Below, piece after piece: positions 29,801-38,016 of a DNA stretch of 64,000 nt. Made by a program: the position numbers and the translations under genes. Source of the DNA: an uncultured Pirellulaceae bacterium (lineage in GTDB: Bacteria; Planctomycetota; Planctomycetia; Pirellulales; Pirellulaceae); NCBI GenBank assembly GCA_964530985.1, contig CAZHCH010000009.1, positions 1,865 to 65,864 on the forward strand, given 5' to 3'. Position 1 is the stretch's first letter; each line of letters begins with the position of its first letter. A model generated the notes under the pieces. It saw nothing but the letters and a program-made list of their open reading frames with translations, was not told the origin of the DNA and ran no database searches.

Positions 29801-30399
29801 ATAGATGGGGCAACCGGAGCGCTAATTCCGACCGCAGCCATGCGGTGGAGTTTTTAAAATCGAAAGACACCGTTCAAGTTGTTTTGGCGCTCAAATACAT
29901 TGCCTTTGGTGAGAACACTTTAAATCAAGACCAGAATGGGGACCAGCGTTTTCAAATCGTTTCGAACAGCTATAGCCACAGTACCGCTGGCCGCAAAGCC
30001 GGAACCGCGAAGGTTTTTGATCCGCCTAAAGGAATGACGGAGTCGATGCTTGATCTCGAAGGCATTGAACTAGACGAAGAAAGTAACGCGTACGTAACCT
30101 ATTTTCGGTCGCTATTCAATGAAAAGGCTGACTTAAAAGCCTTGATCGACTATCACAATCTACACCCCGAAAATGAACAGCTCAACCGACTGGTCTATCG
30201 AGCGATTGCGGCGACCAACAACGATAACTTGATTCACGTGGTTGAAAAAATCTACCAATACAACACCGACCAATACGACAACGACAGCGACCATGCTGAC
30301 TTGTACTGGACCATTCGCCCAATGGATGGCGAAAATGCTCTTCGGCTTCGCAAACGCATTCGCGACGCTGAAGGCATCAGCAATTTAAATCACTATTAA
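26857..30399 (+). CDS. Exported thioredoxin-domain + HEAT-repeat protein
   Basis: FEADWCQPC and cis-Pro motif VTSIP; HEAT repeats DPDPLVRELA, DPDPNVRAAV, ESWQVRAELA, EHASVRRGA; ATGA overlap with the cytochrome stop. Confidence 0.85.
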   Translation: MISQNRFNGDRSNIRRYPMKDVCRNYFACGWLMIGMLLVSSSLLSEAAMAIPQDNGVVWYTDLDEAKKKSRISRLPILIKFEADWCQPCQLLSQELKKAQIVRSLEQVVPVVVDIDKQEELAKQFDVTSIPKVILINDEETVLADKTGFAPVEEWKAWIVDSLKDTEFSMPEELASFDPPTSTEVEELLLRLKAKDAAMRELAMERLISFPTKTRKPVVEVLTGAKTPKAKKKKKNKKPSLAQQLAVLEVLKRWGAPTDGIDPWTPASFTEQRLNTIQAWIITPIEELNQKIGELSEADLLLASTEIDQLLTGRSVKAGLSRLTRYGDALLPQVYERLKSANSDEQVSRLTALRYWLTASNQLRLGWSGGLIELAGRDAETRRSAAAMLVQLAGKHDQALLMELFADPDPLVRELALKGLNGLGSDTEQAMVRLLKDPDPNVRAAVLKQFAESKTTSAVDAVAEYLKTETDSGLVVQAIRFMREAGGNTAIDSIVPFTNHESWQVRAELAESLGKIDEDDLSTEKKTVRVTGIVELMSDEDSFVAVKASESMPKTNDLKLIKRLVGIASKKPDIAETIIESLVPSSYDEDAVDVSNFLLDFMDSEHASVRRGALKGLQKTYKSKIDNAILTKMIKDPDEKNRILGMLAFVKRLSSIRPGMTEKTAEILRTSRPINRSSPSLFSRMFGSGSKSTPSAPGLDLELELEEIPSEDSAESEDAEPAKDMDKKQDDETLEKSESKEEPKTKPKEEIQESEMEQWLTKFVSGEIKDTKFKESSQAIRQALDVATSEEEKFTAGVALAAYGENERILGLAKSATSDEMKRQLAGLLIWVPFESRVQLVNTIVTPETSEAELDMVVNSFASVSNPRGASVFWKLAKHPNIDINTIHRAFYELVFDGSENYYNVQPIKNHNKKPANLLVASIPDTDELGENGTFLALVLLNHIDQTKAKELAATVINGDHSAKNKHIAARVMLRTEKYTVDRWGNRSANSDRSHAVEFLKSKDTVQVVLALKYIAFGENTLNQDQNGDQRFQIVSNSYSHSTAGRKAGTAKVFDPPKGMTESMLDLEGIELDEESNAYVTYFRSLFNEKADLKALIDYHNLHPENEQLNRLVYRAIAATNNDNLIHVVEKIYQYNTDQYDNDSDHADLYWTIRPMDGENALRLRKRIRDAEGISNLNHY

Positions 30400-30534
30400 C
30401 GCCATAAGCCAAAACGGTGCTGCAAGATAAATTTGCATTCATCGTTCATACAAAACCAAGTGAGAGACAGACGTCTATTTCGCGTTGCCTCTTGAGACTT
30501 ATCGCAAGAACCAATTTTAAGTTGAGGGGAAAAA

Positions 30535-31491
30535 ATGAAACTGTTTCCGATGGTTGAATTGACTAAATTAAATCGAATCGCGTCGTTCCTGTGCTGCTTA
30601 GCATTCATTTTAATTTGCAACGGCCCCGCAACGGCTTTAGGCCAGTCGGAAGCCGACGGTTTGGTTGCGACTGGAACTGCTAAGTCAGAAGCGATGGCTG
30701 ATCGCATGCGAATGACGATGACAATCGAGGCCAAAGGCGCTGACATGGAAAAAGCCATCGAAACTCTGAAGAAACGACGTAAAAATGCCAAAATTAAAAT
30801 GGAAAAGTTAGGCGTGATCGAAGACTCGATCGAGTTTGGATCGATTTCCACAGGCAGCAGTGACAGTGGTCGACAAACTCAGGTTAGGCAAGCAATGATG
30901 AACCAGGCTCGTGGCGACAAACGTTTAGAACGAATGATGAAAGTCGCCCCTCCGGCAACGGTTCAAGTGTCCGTCAAAGCCGATTGGAAACTCGATTCAG
31001 AATTGGATGATACTCAAATGTTGATTAGTGTCGATCAATTAAAGAAAAAGATCGTCGCTGTAGACATCGGTTCGGCCAGCGAAAAAGACGAACTATCTCC
31101 TGCCCAAGAAGAGCTGGCTGAAGAAATGGCTGAAATGGCCAGTCGTTACAGCAACGATGAGAAACCAAGCGGCCCAGAATTTTCCTTTGTCCGTAAAGTG
31201 TCCTCCGAAGACGTCAAGAAACTACTTGCTGACGCTGTAGCCGACGCGAAGAAACAAGCCCAAGAGCTCGCCGACAGTACGGGGGTCAAGCTTGGCAAGA
31301 TCTACCGAGTCGCACGCACCGACAATACAAACAAAGCGGCGGGCTATTACGATCCGTATGGCGGCTACAGAACGAAGTCGACGTCAAAATCAATAACCAA
31401 CGACGACGGGTCGGTGCACGTGGTTTCAAATTCGCCCAACGTGAAAGTCACCCGATCAGTCGCTTTCGCTTTTAAGATCGACGCGGAATAG
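30535..31491 (+). CDS. SIMPL/DUF541-domain exported protein
   Basis: Signal peptide; LVATGTAK..ADRMRMTMTI; LADAVADAKKQAQELADSTGVKLGKI; VTRSVAFAFKI. Confidence 0.8.
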   Translation: MKLFPMVELTKLNRIASFLCCLAFILICNGPATALGQSEADGLVATGTAKSEAMADRMRMTMTIEAKGADMEKAIETLKKRRKNAKIKMEKLGVIEDSIEFGSISTGSSDSGRQTQVRQAMMNQARGDKRLERMMKVAPPATVQVSVKADWKLDSELDDTQMLISVDQLKKKIVAVDIGSASEKDELSPAQEELAEEMAEMASRYSNDEKPSGPEFSFVRKVSSEDVKKLLADAVADAKKQAQELADSTGVKLGKIYRVARTDNTNKAAGYYDPYGGYRTKSTSKSITNDDGSVHVVSNSPNVKVTRSVAFAFKIDAE

Positions 31492-31505
31492 GCAACAAGA
31501 CAATT

Positions 31506-31548
31506 AAAAAAACACGGACAACTGTAACCGCTGTCCGTGTTTGTTTTT
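31506..31548. terminator. Bidirectional intrinsic terminator between the operon and sodN
   Basis: AAACACGGACA...TGTCCGTGTTT stem flanked by an A run on the left and a T-rich run on the right. Confidence 0.75.
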
Positions 31549-31610
31549 GTCGTATCCCATATCCTCCAGTCGAGCGAAAAACGACTCTGAACGAAGCTGA
31601 CGAGCAACAA

Positions 31611-32153
31611 CTATTTTTTCGGTTCATGCTCAAAGTTTGGCTCTTTGCCTTCGTAGGCTCGATACAGATCATAAATCGCCTTCTTAAGGGACTCGGCTGT
31701 ATCAGGTTTGGCGTCTTGCTTGCACTTCATCGCAGCGACCATCACTTTGTGAGCCGTAATTAACTGACTCGTATAATCCTTGTTTGATTCTTTAATTCGC
31801 TGAGTCAAAAAATAATCGGCGATGGTCTTTTGAATTTGGCTGGCGTGGTCTTCTTTGGTGTTAATCCAGCGTGTCAATTGATTGACATTTGTTGGGGACA
31901 TTTCACCGCCTTTCATTGCCTGCGCAATGGTTTCGACACTAGCGATCGATTTAGCGATTGTCTTGGTGTCTTCCAGCATTTGTTCGAAGCGAAGTTGGTC
32001 GGTGTAAATACCGCAAGGAACTTGGCAATGAGGTGCGGGAACGGCGACCGTGACAGCGCCGCTAGGTTCAGTCGCCGACAAGTGGGTTGCATTAAGAACA
32101 ACTATCGCAGCTGAAAATGCGATGACGATTGGACGTAAAATTAACTTTTGCAT
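31611..32153 (-). CDS. sodN: Nickel superoxide dismutase precursor
   Basis: Ni-hook HCQVPCGIY at aa 42-50; NQLTRWINTKEDHA; YFLTQRIK; MKCKQ. Confidence 0.92.
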   Translation of the reverse strand: MQKLILRPIVIAFSAAIVVLNATHLSATEPSGAVTVAVPAPHCQVPCGIYTDQLRFEQMLEDTKTIAKSIASVETIAQAMKGGEMSPTNVNQLTRWINTKEDHASQIQKTIADYFLTQRIKESNKDYTSQLITAHKVMVAAMKCKQDAKPDTAESLKKAIYDLYRAYEGKEPNFEHEPKK

Positions 32154-32309
32154 GATGGTCTTTCCAAAATCGGATAGGTAGATTTCTGTCGTGAAACTTT
32201 AAACTATTCTATCCAATGCAGATCAGCAAGGTAGCAGTATTCGCCCGATCGATTGGCAAACCGATTCCCGGCTTTTAGAGCGCACAACAAATGCAGAAAA
32301 ACAAAAATA

Positions 32310-32891
32310 CTAGCCAAATGCAAACCAGCCAATGGCTGTCAGGAGCAGTAGCCCCAACACCGCGACGGCGGCAACGACAACAACCTTTCCCTTGCCTGTC
32401 GAGGGCTGGCGACCGGGAGTTTTATTGTCTTGCGTGGTTGACCGTTCATTGCCCACGTTAACATCAAAATCAAATTCAAAGTTGCTTATAGGGCCCACCG
32501 GGCTGTCAGTTGGTGCAGGATCAAATTTTGGGTCGAGCTTAAAACGCGAATCACTATCGTCGTTCGGCAAAAGCGATGGTTCCGCAACGGAGAATTCGTC
32601 ATTAATGAACAGGCTTGGCTTCTCAAGAACGTCACTTGATTTGACCTGATTGCTCGCCGCCAATTGTGACTTTTTTTTAGTCGCAAACTTGGATGTATGA
32701 TTTTTTTTGGGCGTTGTTTTGGACGAGGCTACTGATTTTGCTGCCGTTGTATTCTTTGGAGCAAGTTGATCGGACTCAGGAACGCGATGAGTACGAGTGC
32801 ACTTTGTGCAACGAACTTTCTTGCCGATGATATCACGGGTAGCTTTTAGTTTCTTGCCACATTCACAGCGAAAGCGAATCAGTTGATCCAT
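32310..32891 (-). CDS. Zinc-ribbon protein with disordered linker and C-terminal TM anchor
   Basis: IRFRCECGKKL...KVRCTKC; terminal hydrophobic helix. Confidence 0.75.
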   Translation of the reverse strand: MDQLIRFRCECGKKLKATRDIIGKKVRCTKCTRTHRVPESDQLAPKNTTAAKSVASSKTTPKKNHTSKFATKKKSQLAASNQVKSSDVLEKPSLFINDEFSVAEPSLLPNDDSDSRFKLDPKFDPAPTDSPVGPISNFEFDFDVNVGNERSTTQDNKTPGRQPSTGKGKVVVVAAVAVLGLLLLTAIGWFAFG

Positions 32892-33135
32892 GATAAGCTT
32901 GCCTTAGATTAATATTGATGCGGAAAGAAAGAAGCGTCAGTCAAACCAAGATAGTCTATTCGGATGGCTATATAAATTCTGATCGTCCAACTAGACTAGA
33001 ATCGTCGAATATGTGGGTCTAATCGTTAAACTCGAACATACTTGACTTCGCCCTAAACTGCCAAAGCCTCCGGCTTGCAACTACCAATCTTGTTCGAGCA
33101 TTAGTCTGAATTGTTTTCTCGGCCGCAGTACAGAC

Positions 33136-33167
33136 AAGCCTTTTTGACGCAAAGGGCTTCCTTTTTT
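33136..33167 (+). terminator. Orphan intrinsic terminator-like hairpin
   Basis: AAGCCTTTT-TGACGC-AAAGGGCTT followed by CCTTTTTT. Confidence 0.45.
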
Positions 33168-33358
33168 ACAAAGATTCCGTGGCGGGGGACGAAAACTCCT
33201 TAGGGTTCAAGCGTTTCTTGGAAAAAGTGACCATTCGACAAAACTACTACGTTACCTTTCAAAGACTCGTCAGATGGTAAAATCAATTTCGAGTCGTTTT
33301 GCTTGCATCAATAACCGTTGCTTGTAAGAGTATCCAAAAGAGTAAGAATCGGATTTTG

Positions 33359-34879
33359 ATGATGGCTTGGTTTCGCCGCAAAAATAAAATCGATGACGCA
33401 ATCAATGCCGGCAAGCTTGATCGAGCGATAGAGCTTACAAGCCGTCTGGGTGACAACAAGGCGGCCAAGAGGTATCGCAAGCAATTGACTGAAGCGCTGG
33501 TTCAACGTGCAAACGCTGCCGCTGTCGAAGATGATTTTCTACTGGCTTGGCAGTCACTTTCACAAGCAACCGTGCTGGCAGATTCAAGACAACAAGAATT
33601 GGTTTCGCAGGCAACAAAACAGCTGCAAGCGCAAACGATCAGCAGCGCGGAGACGTTGCTGCAAACTGGGAATAGTCAGCGAGCGGCTGACCTTGTGCAG
33701 ATGCTTGCGGACCGAGATTTAACAAACCAACAAAGTGATCGAATCGGCTCTGTTGCTGCGTTGTTAAATACAATCGGCGAACTGACTCTCGCCGGAAAAC
33801 TAGAAGACTCCATCGATCGTTTGAAATCAGCGCAGCGTTTATATCCCAACTTGCCGGGACTGGAAGCACAAATCGCCATCCATCACGAACGAAAGCAAAA
33901 GCTGGACACACTGACACAGTCTCTTCAATCTGCAGCGCTTTCATGTAAATGGAACGATGTCTGCCAACTTTGCGATCAGATTTTAGAAATTGCCCCACAA
34001 CACGAGATCGCTGACGGGGCACGTCGGCACGCAACACAACGAATGAAACGTCGAACCTCCGTTGGCTCTCGGCTGACCAACGTGCCGGAATCGCCCGATC
34101 AAGGCGACGGTTCGATCGTCAACTCAATGTTACCCGGTAACAACAGCGGAAGCTTCACCGGCGACCATAATTTAAAAGATACTGCGGTGATGCAATCGAA
34201 TTCGCCGACAGGCAGCCGATGGTCCGCCAAAACTGATTCAGCTCTAGCAAAGGATCAAGACTTCAGTCTCGCCCCGCAAGCTAGTTCGTTTTTGATTTGG
34301 GTTGATGGTGTGGGCGGATACTTAGTTTGCACTAAGCCGATAAACTTCATCGGCCAAGCGGGCGGTGGTTCCGTCATATCAATTCCAATGCAGGCAGATG
34401 TTCGTCAGCGCCACGCAAGACTTGAAACGATAGCAGGGCGGCATCTAATCCAGCCTTTAGGACCGGTCTCGATCGCTGGCCGCGAAGTCCCACTCGACGA
34501 AAACATCGTGATCAGTTCAGGCCAACAAATTTCATTGGGTGGCAAAGTGGAACTGACATACCGACAAGACCACCCGCTCAGCAAATCCGCTCGCCTCGAC
34601 TTCACCTCGCGGCACCGAACACTGCCTTGGTCAGACGGAGTCATACTGGCTGGGCAATCGATTATTTTAGGCCCCAATCCAGACAACCATGTTTTCTGTC
34701 CAGGTTGGAAGGAGGACTTGATTTTGTTCCAACGAAATGATCAATGGTTTGCAAAGTCTAAGATAGGGTTTTGCGTAGATGAACAAGCGTTGGCAAACGA
34801 AGCGGCAATACGATTTGACAGCCGATTGTTTGGCGATAGTTTTTCGTTGAAACTAGAAGCCGTGTTTTTAGATGGCTAA
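33359..34879 (+). CDS. Helical/TPR-like protein with C-terminal degenerate FHA-like domains
   Basis: Alpha-helical N-terminus; FLIWVDGVGGYLV..FIGQ..ADVRQRHARL..GQQISLG and a second ILG..HV beta unit (ORF opens at 33299). Confidence 0.7.
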   Translation: MMAWFRRKNKIDDAINAGKLDRAIELTSRLGDNKAAKRYRKQLTEALVQRANAAAVEDDFLLAWQSLSQATVLADSRQQELVSQATKQLQAQTISSAETLLQTGNSQRAADLVQMLADRDLTNQQSDRIGSVAALLNTIGELTLAGKLEDSIDRLKSAQRLYPNLPGLEAQIAIHHERKQKLDTLTQSLQSAALSCKWNDVCQLCDQILEIAPQHEIADGARRHATQRMKRRTSVGSRLTNVPESPDQGDGSIVNSMLPGNNSGSFTGDHNLKDTAVMQSNSPTGSRWSAKTDSALAKDQDFSLAPQASSFLIWVDGVGGYLVCTKPINFIGQAGGGSVISIPMQADVRQRHARLETIAGRHLIQPLGPVSIAGREVPLDENIVISSGQQISLGGKVELTYRQDHPLSKSARLDFTSRHRTLPWSDGVILAGQSIILGPNPDNHVFCPGWKEDLILFQRNDQWFAKSKIGFCVDEQALANEAAIRFDSRLFGDSFSLKLEAVFLDG

Positions 34880-35135
34880 AATCAATCCCAAAAGAAAACC
34901 AGATCTGCAACAAAGCCTAGACACACCGAAGCCTCTTCAATTAATCTGTAAACACTCGAATCAGCCTTGCAAACTTAATTTCAGGCGTAACCTTCAGAAG
35001 TCGGCAATATTTAACGTTGCATTCTACGCTTCAGGAAGCGTCGCTACACTTTTAAAAAAACACTCGCCACTCAAACGCTGGCCATCCAAACCCTCGATCA
35101 GCACTTTTAATCTCGCAGCGTAGAAAACACCGTCA

Positions 35136-37211
35136 ATGCGATTCTCCTATTCAAGCGGCTCTCGGCCTCTCAATGGCTACACCATCAAACGTGGAATCGG
35201 CGTTGGCGGATTTGGAGAAGTTTACTTTGCCTTGAATGATGCAGGCAAAGAAGTTGCTCTGAAAAAAATCCAGCGTAACTTGGACATCGAATTGCGAGGC
35301 GTCGGGTATTGCTTGAACCTAAAACACGTCAACCTGATTTCCCTATGGGACGTTCAGACGAATGAGTTTGGCGAGAGTTGGGTGGTGATGGAATACGTTC
35401 CGGGCCCAAGCTTACGAGATGTGGTCGCAGCCAATCCATCCGGGATGCCGCTAGAGGAAGTCAAACGCTGGTTTGTGTCAATCGCGTCGGGCGTTGCTTA
35501 TTTGCATGAACACGGAATTGTCCATCGGGATCTTAAACCAGGCAATGTGTTTTGTGACGAAGATGCGCGTGTGATTAAGATCGGCGATTATGGTTTGTCT
35601 AAGTTCATTTCTTGTGGCGATCGTTCTGGGCAAACTGAAGCAGTGGGGACTTTTCACTACATGGCCCCTGAGATTGGTAAAGGCGAGTACGGCAAGGAGA
35701 TCGACATTTATGCGGTGGGAGTGATTCTGTATGAGATGCTCACTGGAGAGGTTCCGTTTGAGGGAGAGAGCTCTCAAGAAATCATCATGAAGCATCTAAC
35801 GATGGATCCAGATATCGGTGTACTACCCCAAGAATATCACCGAGTGGTTGGCAAATCGCTCCGGAAAGACCCGCAAAAAAGATACTCTAGCATCGCTGAG
35901 ATGGTTCGTGATTTACCTTGGCCGGAAATTGCTGCCAGCGCGAACCACATCGTCGATCGCCATGTGGTGGGGAACATGAATTTCCCTGTCGCAACTGGTA
36001 ACAAACCAAAGTCGACCGTAAGCTATAAAGCTAAAAGCGTGAAACCGACTGCTGGTGCGATTGATGCGGCAAACCGACCAATCGCCAAGGCCAAAGCACA
36101 ATTGCCTCCGACAATTTTGCGAGGTGGTTTCGGAGCCAACCCGCAGTTATCCGCCGAAGGTGATCTATCCACGCAACCAGCTGCGAACCTGGCAGTTAGC
36201 AACATGCCTGCTGGAAATCCCCCCCTTGCCGATAACCTTGAAGTAGATGAACCGATGGCTGTTGCAGTGCGATCGGGGCTGACTGATTTGAATCGATGGT
36301 GGAACGAGGCCAACATTTCGACACCCGTCAGGCTGGTCGCGATCGTCGTTGCGGGGATCGTCGTAATCGAAAACTCGACTTGGCTGTTGGCGGTTTCGGT
36401 TACCTTGTCAACAATCTATCTGCTGTACTACGCCGCCAGACGATACGCTCTTTCACCATCCAACAACAACGTCTCGCCAAACACGAAGGCTACCCAGCGA
36501 ATTGAACAAGAGGCAATCCGATCACGGTTGCTCAGTCGCCCAGTGACGGATCAATTGGCTGAACTAACGGGATCGCTGTTGATTGGGGCGGTCAGCGCAG
36601 TAGTGATTAGCTTCTTTTTTCTTGCGGTTGGTTTGGCAACAGACGCGGGGCTTGGAAGTCGGGTAAGCGGGTCACTAATGGGCTGGTCAATTTTCACGTG
36701 GCAAACAACACTTAGCGTGCTAGCCGTTTGGACAGTGATCCTCCTAACCAAACAATGGGCTTGGAAGCCAGCGGAGTTTTGGAGCCGCTTGCTTACTTTG
36801 ACCTTTACCGGTGCCGTTACAGGCGCGTTTGCCTTTTATACGGCGAGTACTTTTGAAATTGACTTAGCCCAAGTCACAGCTACCGACTTTGCGGCAAAAC
36901 AAACCGAGTCATTGGTTTACCACCGATTCGCAAAACTCCCGGCGTTTGTGCTGTGCTTTTCCGCGCTGCTTGCACTCATGCCTCTCGGGCGGCACACCGA
37001 CCCATTGCGTCGCACACGCATGAGCGTGATGAATGTGATTTTAAGCTTCATTGTTGCCATCGTTGGCTGTCACTTGCTAAATCTACCGTTGACGGTTGTT
37101 TGTACACTTGCTGTTGTCATGTCGATTTCAGTTCAACTGGCCTCGCCTTGGTTGCACTCGGGTCAATTTCAGTCAATCGTTGATTCCTCGACCAGTCAAG
37201 TGGAGGGTTAA
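35136..37211 (+). CDS. Hanks-type Ser/Thr protein kinase with multi-pass membrane C-terminus
   Basis: GIGVGGFGEV, VALKK, HRDLKPGN, IGDYGL, GTFHYMAPE, DIYAVG; about 8-10 hydrophobic segments at the C-terminus. Confidence 0.92.
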   Translation: MRFSYSSGSRPLNGYTIKRGIGVGGFGEVYFALNDAGKEVALKKIQRNLDIELRGVGYCLNLKHVNLISLWDVQTNEFGESWVVMEYVPGPSLRDVVAANPSGMPLEEVKRWFVSIASGVAYLHEHGIVHRDLKPGNVFCDEDARVIKIGDYGLSKFISCGDRSGQTEAVGTFHYMAPEIGKGEYGKEIDIYAVGVILYEMLTGEVPFEGESSQEIIMKHLTMDPDIGVLPQEYHRVVGKSLRKDPQKRYSSIAEMVRDLPWPEIAASANHIVDRHVVGNMNFPVATGNKPKSTVSYKAKSVKPTAGAIDAANRPIAKAKAQLPPTILRGGFGANPQLSAEGDLSTQPAANLAVSNMPAGNPPLADNLEVDEPMAVAVRSGLTDLNRWWNEANISTPVRLVAIVVAGIVVIENSTWLLAVSVTLSTIYLLYYAARRYALSPSNNNVSPNTKATQRIEQEAIRSRLLSRPVTDQLAELTGSLLIGAVSAVVISFFFLAVGLATDAGLGSRVSGSLMGWSIFTWQTTLSVLAVWTVILLTKQWAWKPAEFWSRLLTLTFTGAVTGAFAFYTASTFEIDLAQVTATDFAAKQTESLVYHRFAKLPAFVLCFSALLALMPLGRHTDPLRRTRMSVMNVILSFIVAIVGCHLLNLPLTVVCTLAVVMSISVQLASPWLHSGQFQSIVDSSTSQVEG

Positions 37212-37214
37212 CTG

Positions 37215-37622
37215 ATGCACTTGCAAGTATCAGAATGTTGGCCCCTGCGTCGTGCTGCAACCCTGATTGGGTTGTTGCTGTTGTGTTCAAATGCATTGGC
37301 GCTACCAGTTGTCGGCTCTGCATCGATTGGATCGACGAAAGCATACGCCCAAAATTCGGCGGAAGACAACACTTCAAAGGGCGATTTAGCACAGCCAACA
37401 ATCGATGGCGAACGGGAACAGCAGTTAAAAAAACGCTTGTTGTCTGTCGCTGTGTGGGGCGGAGCGATTTTGACGCTGTTGGCGGTCGCGTATGGATATT
37501 TCCGATTGGAGTTGACCACTCGCGGATTCTACAGCGGCCGCCTGCAAATCGTGTCCGGAATCACCAGTCTAACTATTCTAGTAGCGACCTATTTCCTCTG
37601 GCACTGGCTGATTGACAATTAG
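37215..37622 (+). CDS. Small membrane protein, hypothetical
   Basis: Signal-like N-terminus and two C-terminal TMs; starts 3 nt after the kinase stop. Confidence 0.6.
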   Translation: MHLQVSECWPLRRAATLIGLLLLCSNALALPVVGSASIGSTKAYAQNSAEDNTSKGDLAQPTIDGEREQQLKKRLLSVAVWGGAILTLLAVAYGYFRLELTTRGFYSGRLQIVSGITSLTILVATYFLWHWLIDN

Positions 37623-38016
37623 TTTCTTCATACGAATACACTCCAGCGGGTTATTTGTGCTCGATAGCGGGGTTCGGGTGTTTCCTGTGTGTATCTATAC
37701 CATCTCGTCGACGTTTTCTTATGTCAGTCAAAGTCGAGGCGGTTTTGAGTCAACGGGATGCCGGAGGGAATCGCAACCTTGATCGCAAAGCGACTGGCGA
37801 CCTATTTACCCTTTATATATTACCAAACCAGTTTTCCATTGCGGTTAATTTATAGCCGGAACGTCTAGCCAAGCCGGTTCGCGTTGTTAGAATACTGGCC
37901 AGTTCTTTTACATCCAAAAACGGTCGCCGAGCCAAATCCACCTTCGGGCAATTGTTGCCGGAAGTAATTATGTGATTTGGTAGGCATCTACGAATATCGC
38001 CCGACACGAAGAAAGG

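Noticed and set aside
33060-33160. c-di-GMP-I riboswitch-like words (CAAAGCCTCCGGC, GACGCAAAG)
   Set aside because: The fragments are in the wrong order, and the GGCAAA/GAAA-tetraloop P2 and the receptor are missing.
34872-35123. 83-aa ORF filling the gap between the FHA-like gene and the kinase
   Set aside because: The position is suggestive, but there is no RBS, motif or recognisable composition; it cannot be supported without homologs.
37623-38016. Glycine riboswitch upstream of gcvT
   Set aside because: The conserved GGAGA / CCGAAG / TCAGG elements were not found in order; only an unrelated hairpin is present.
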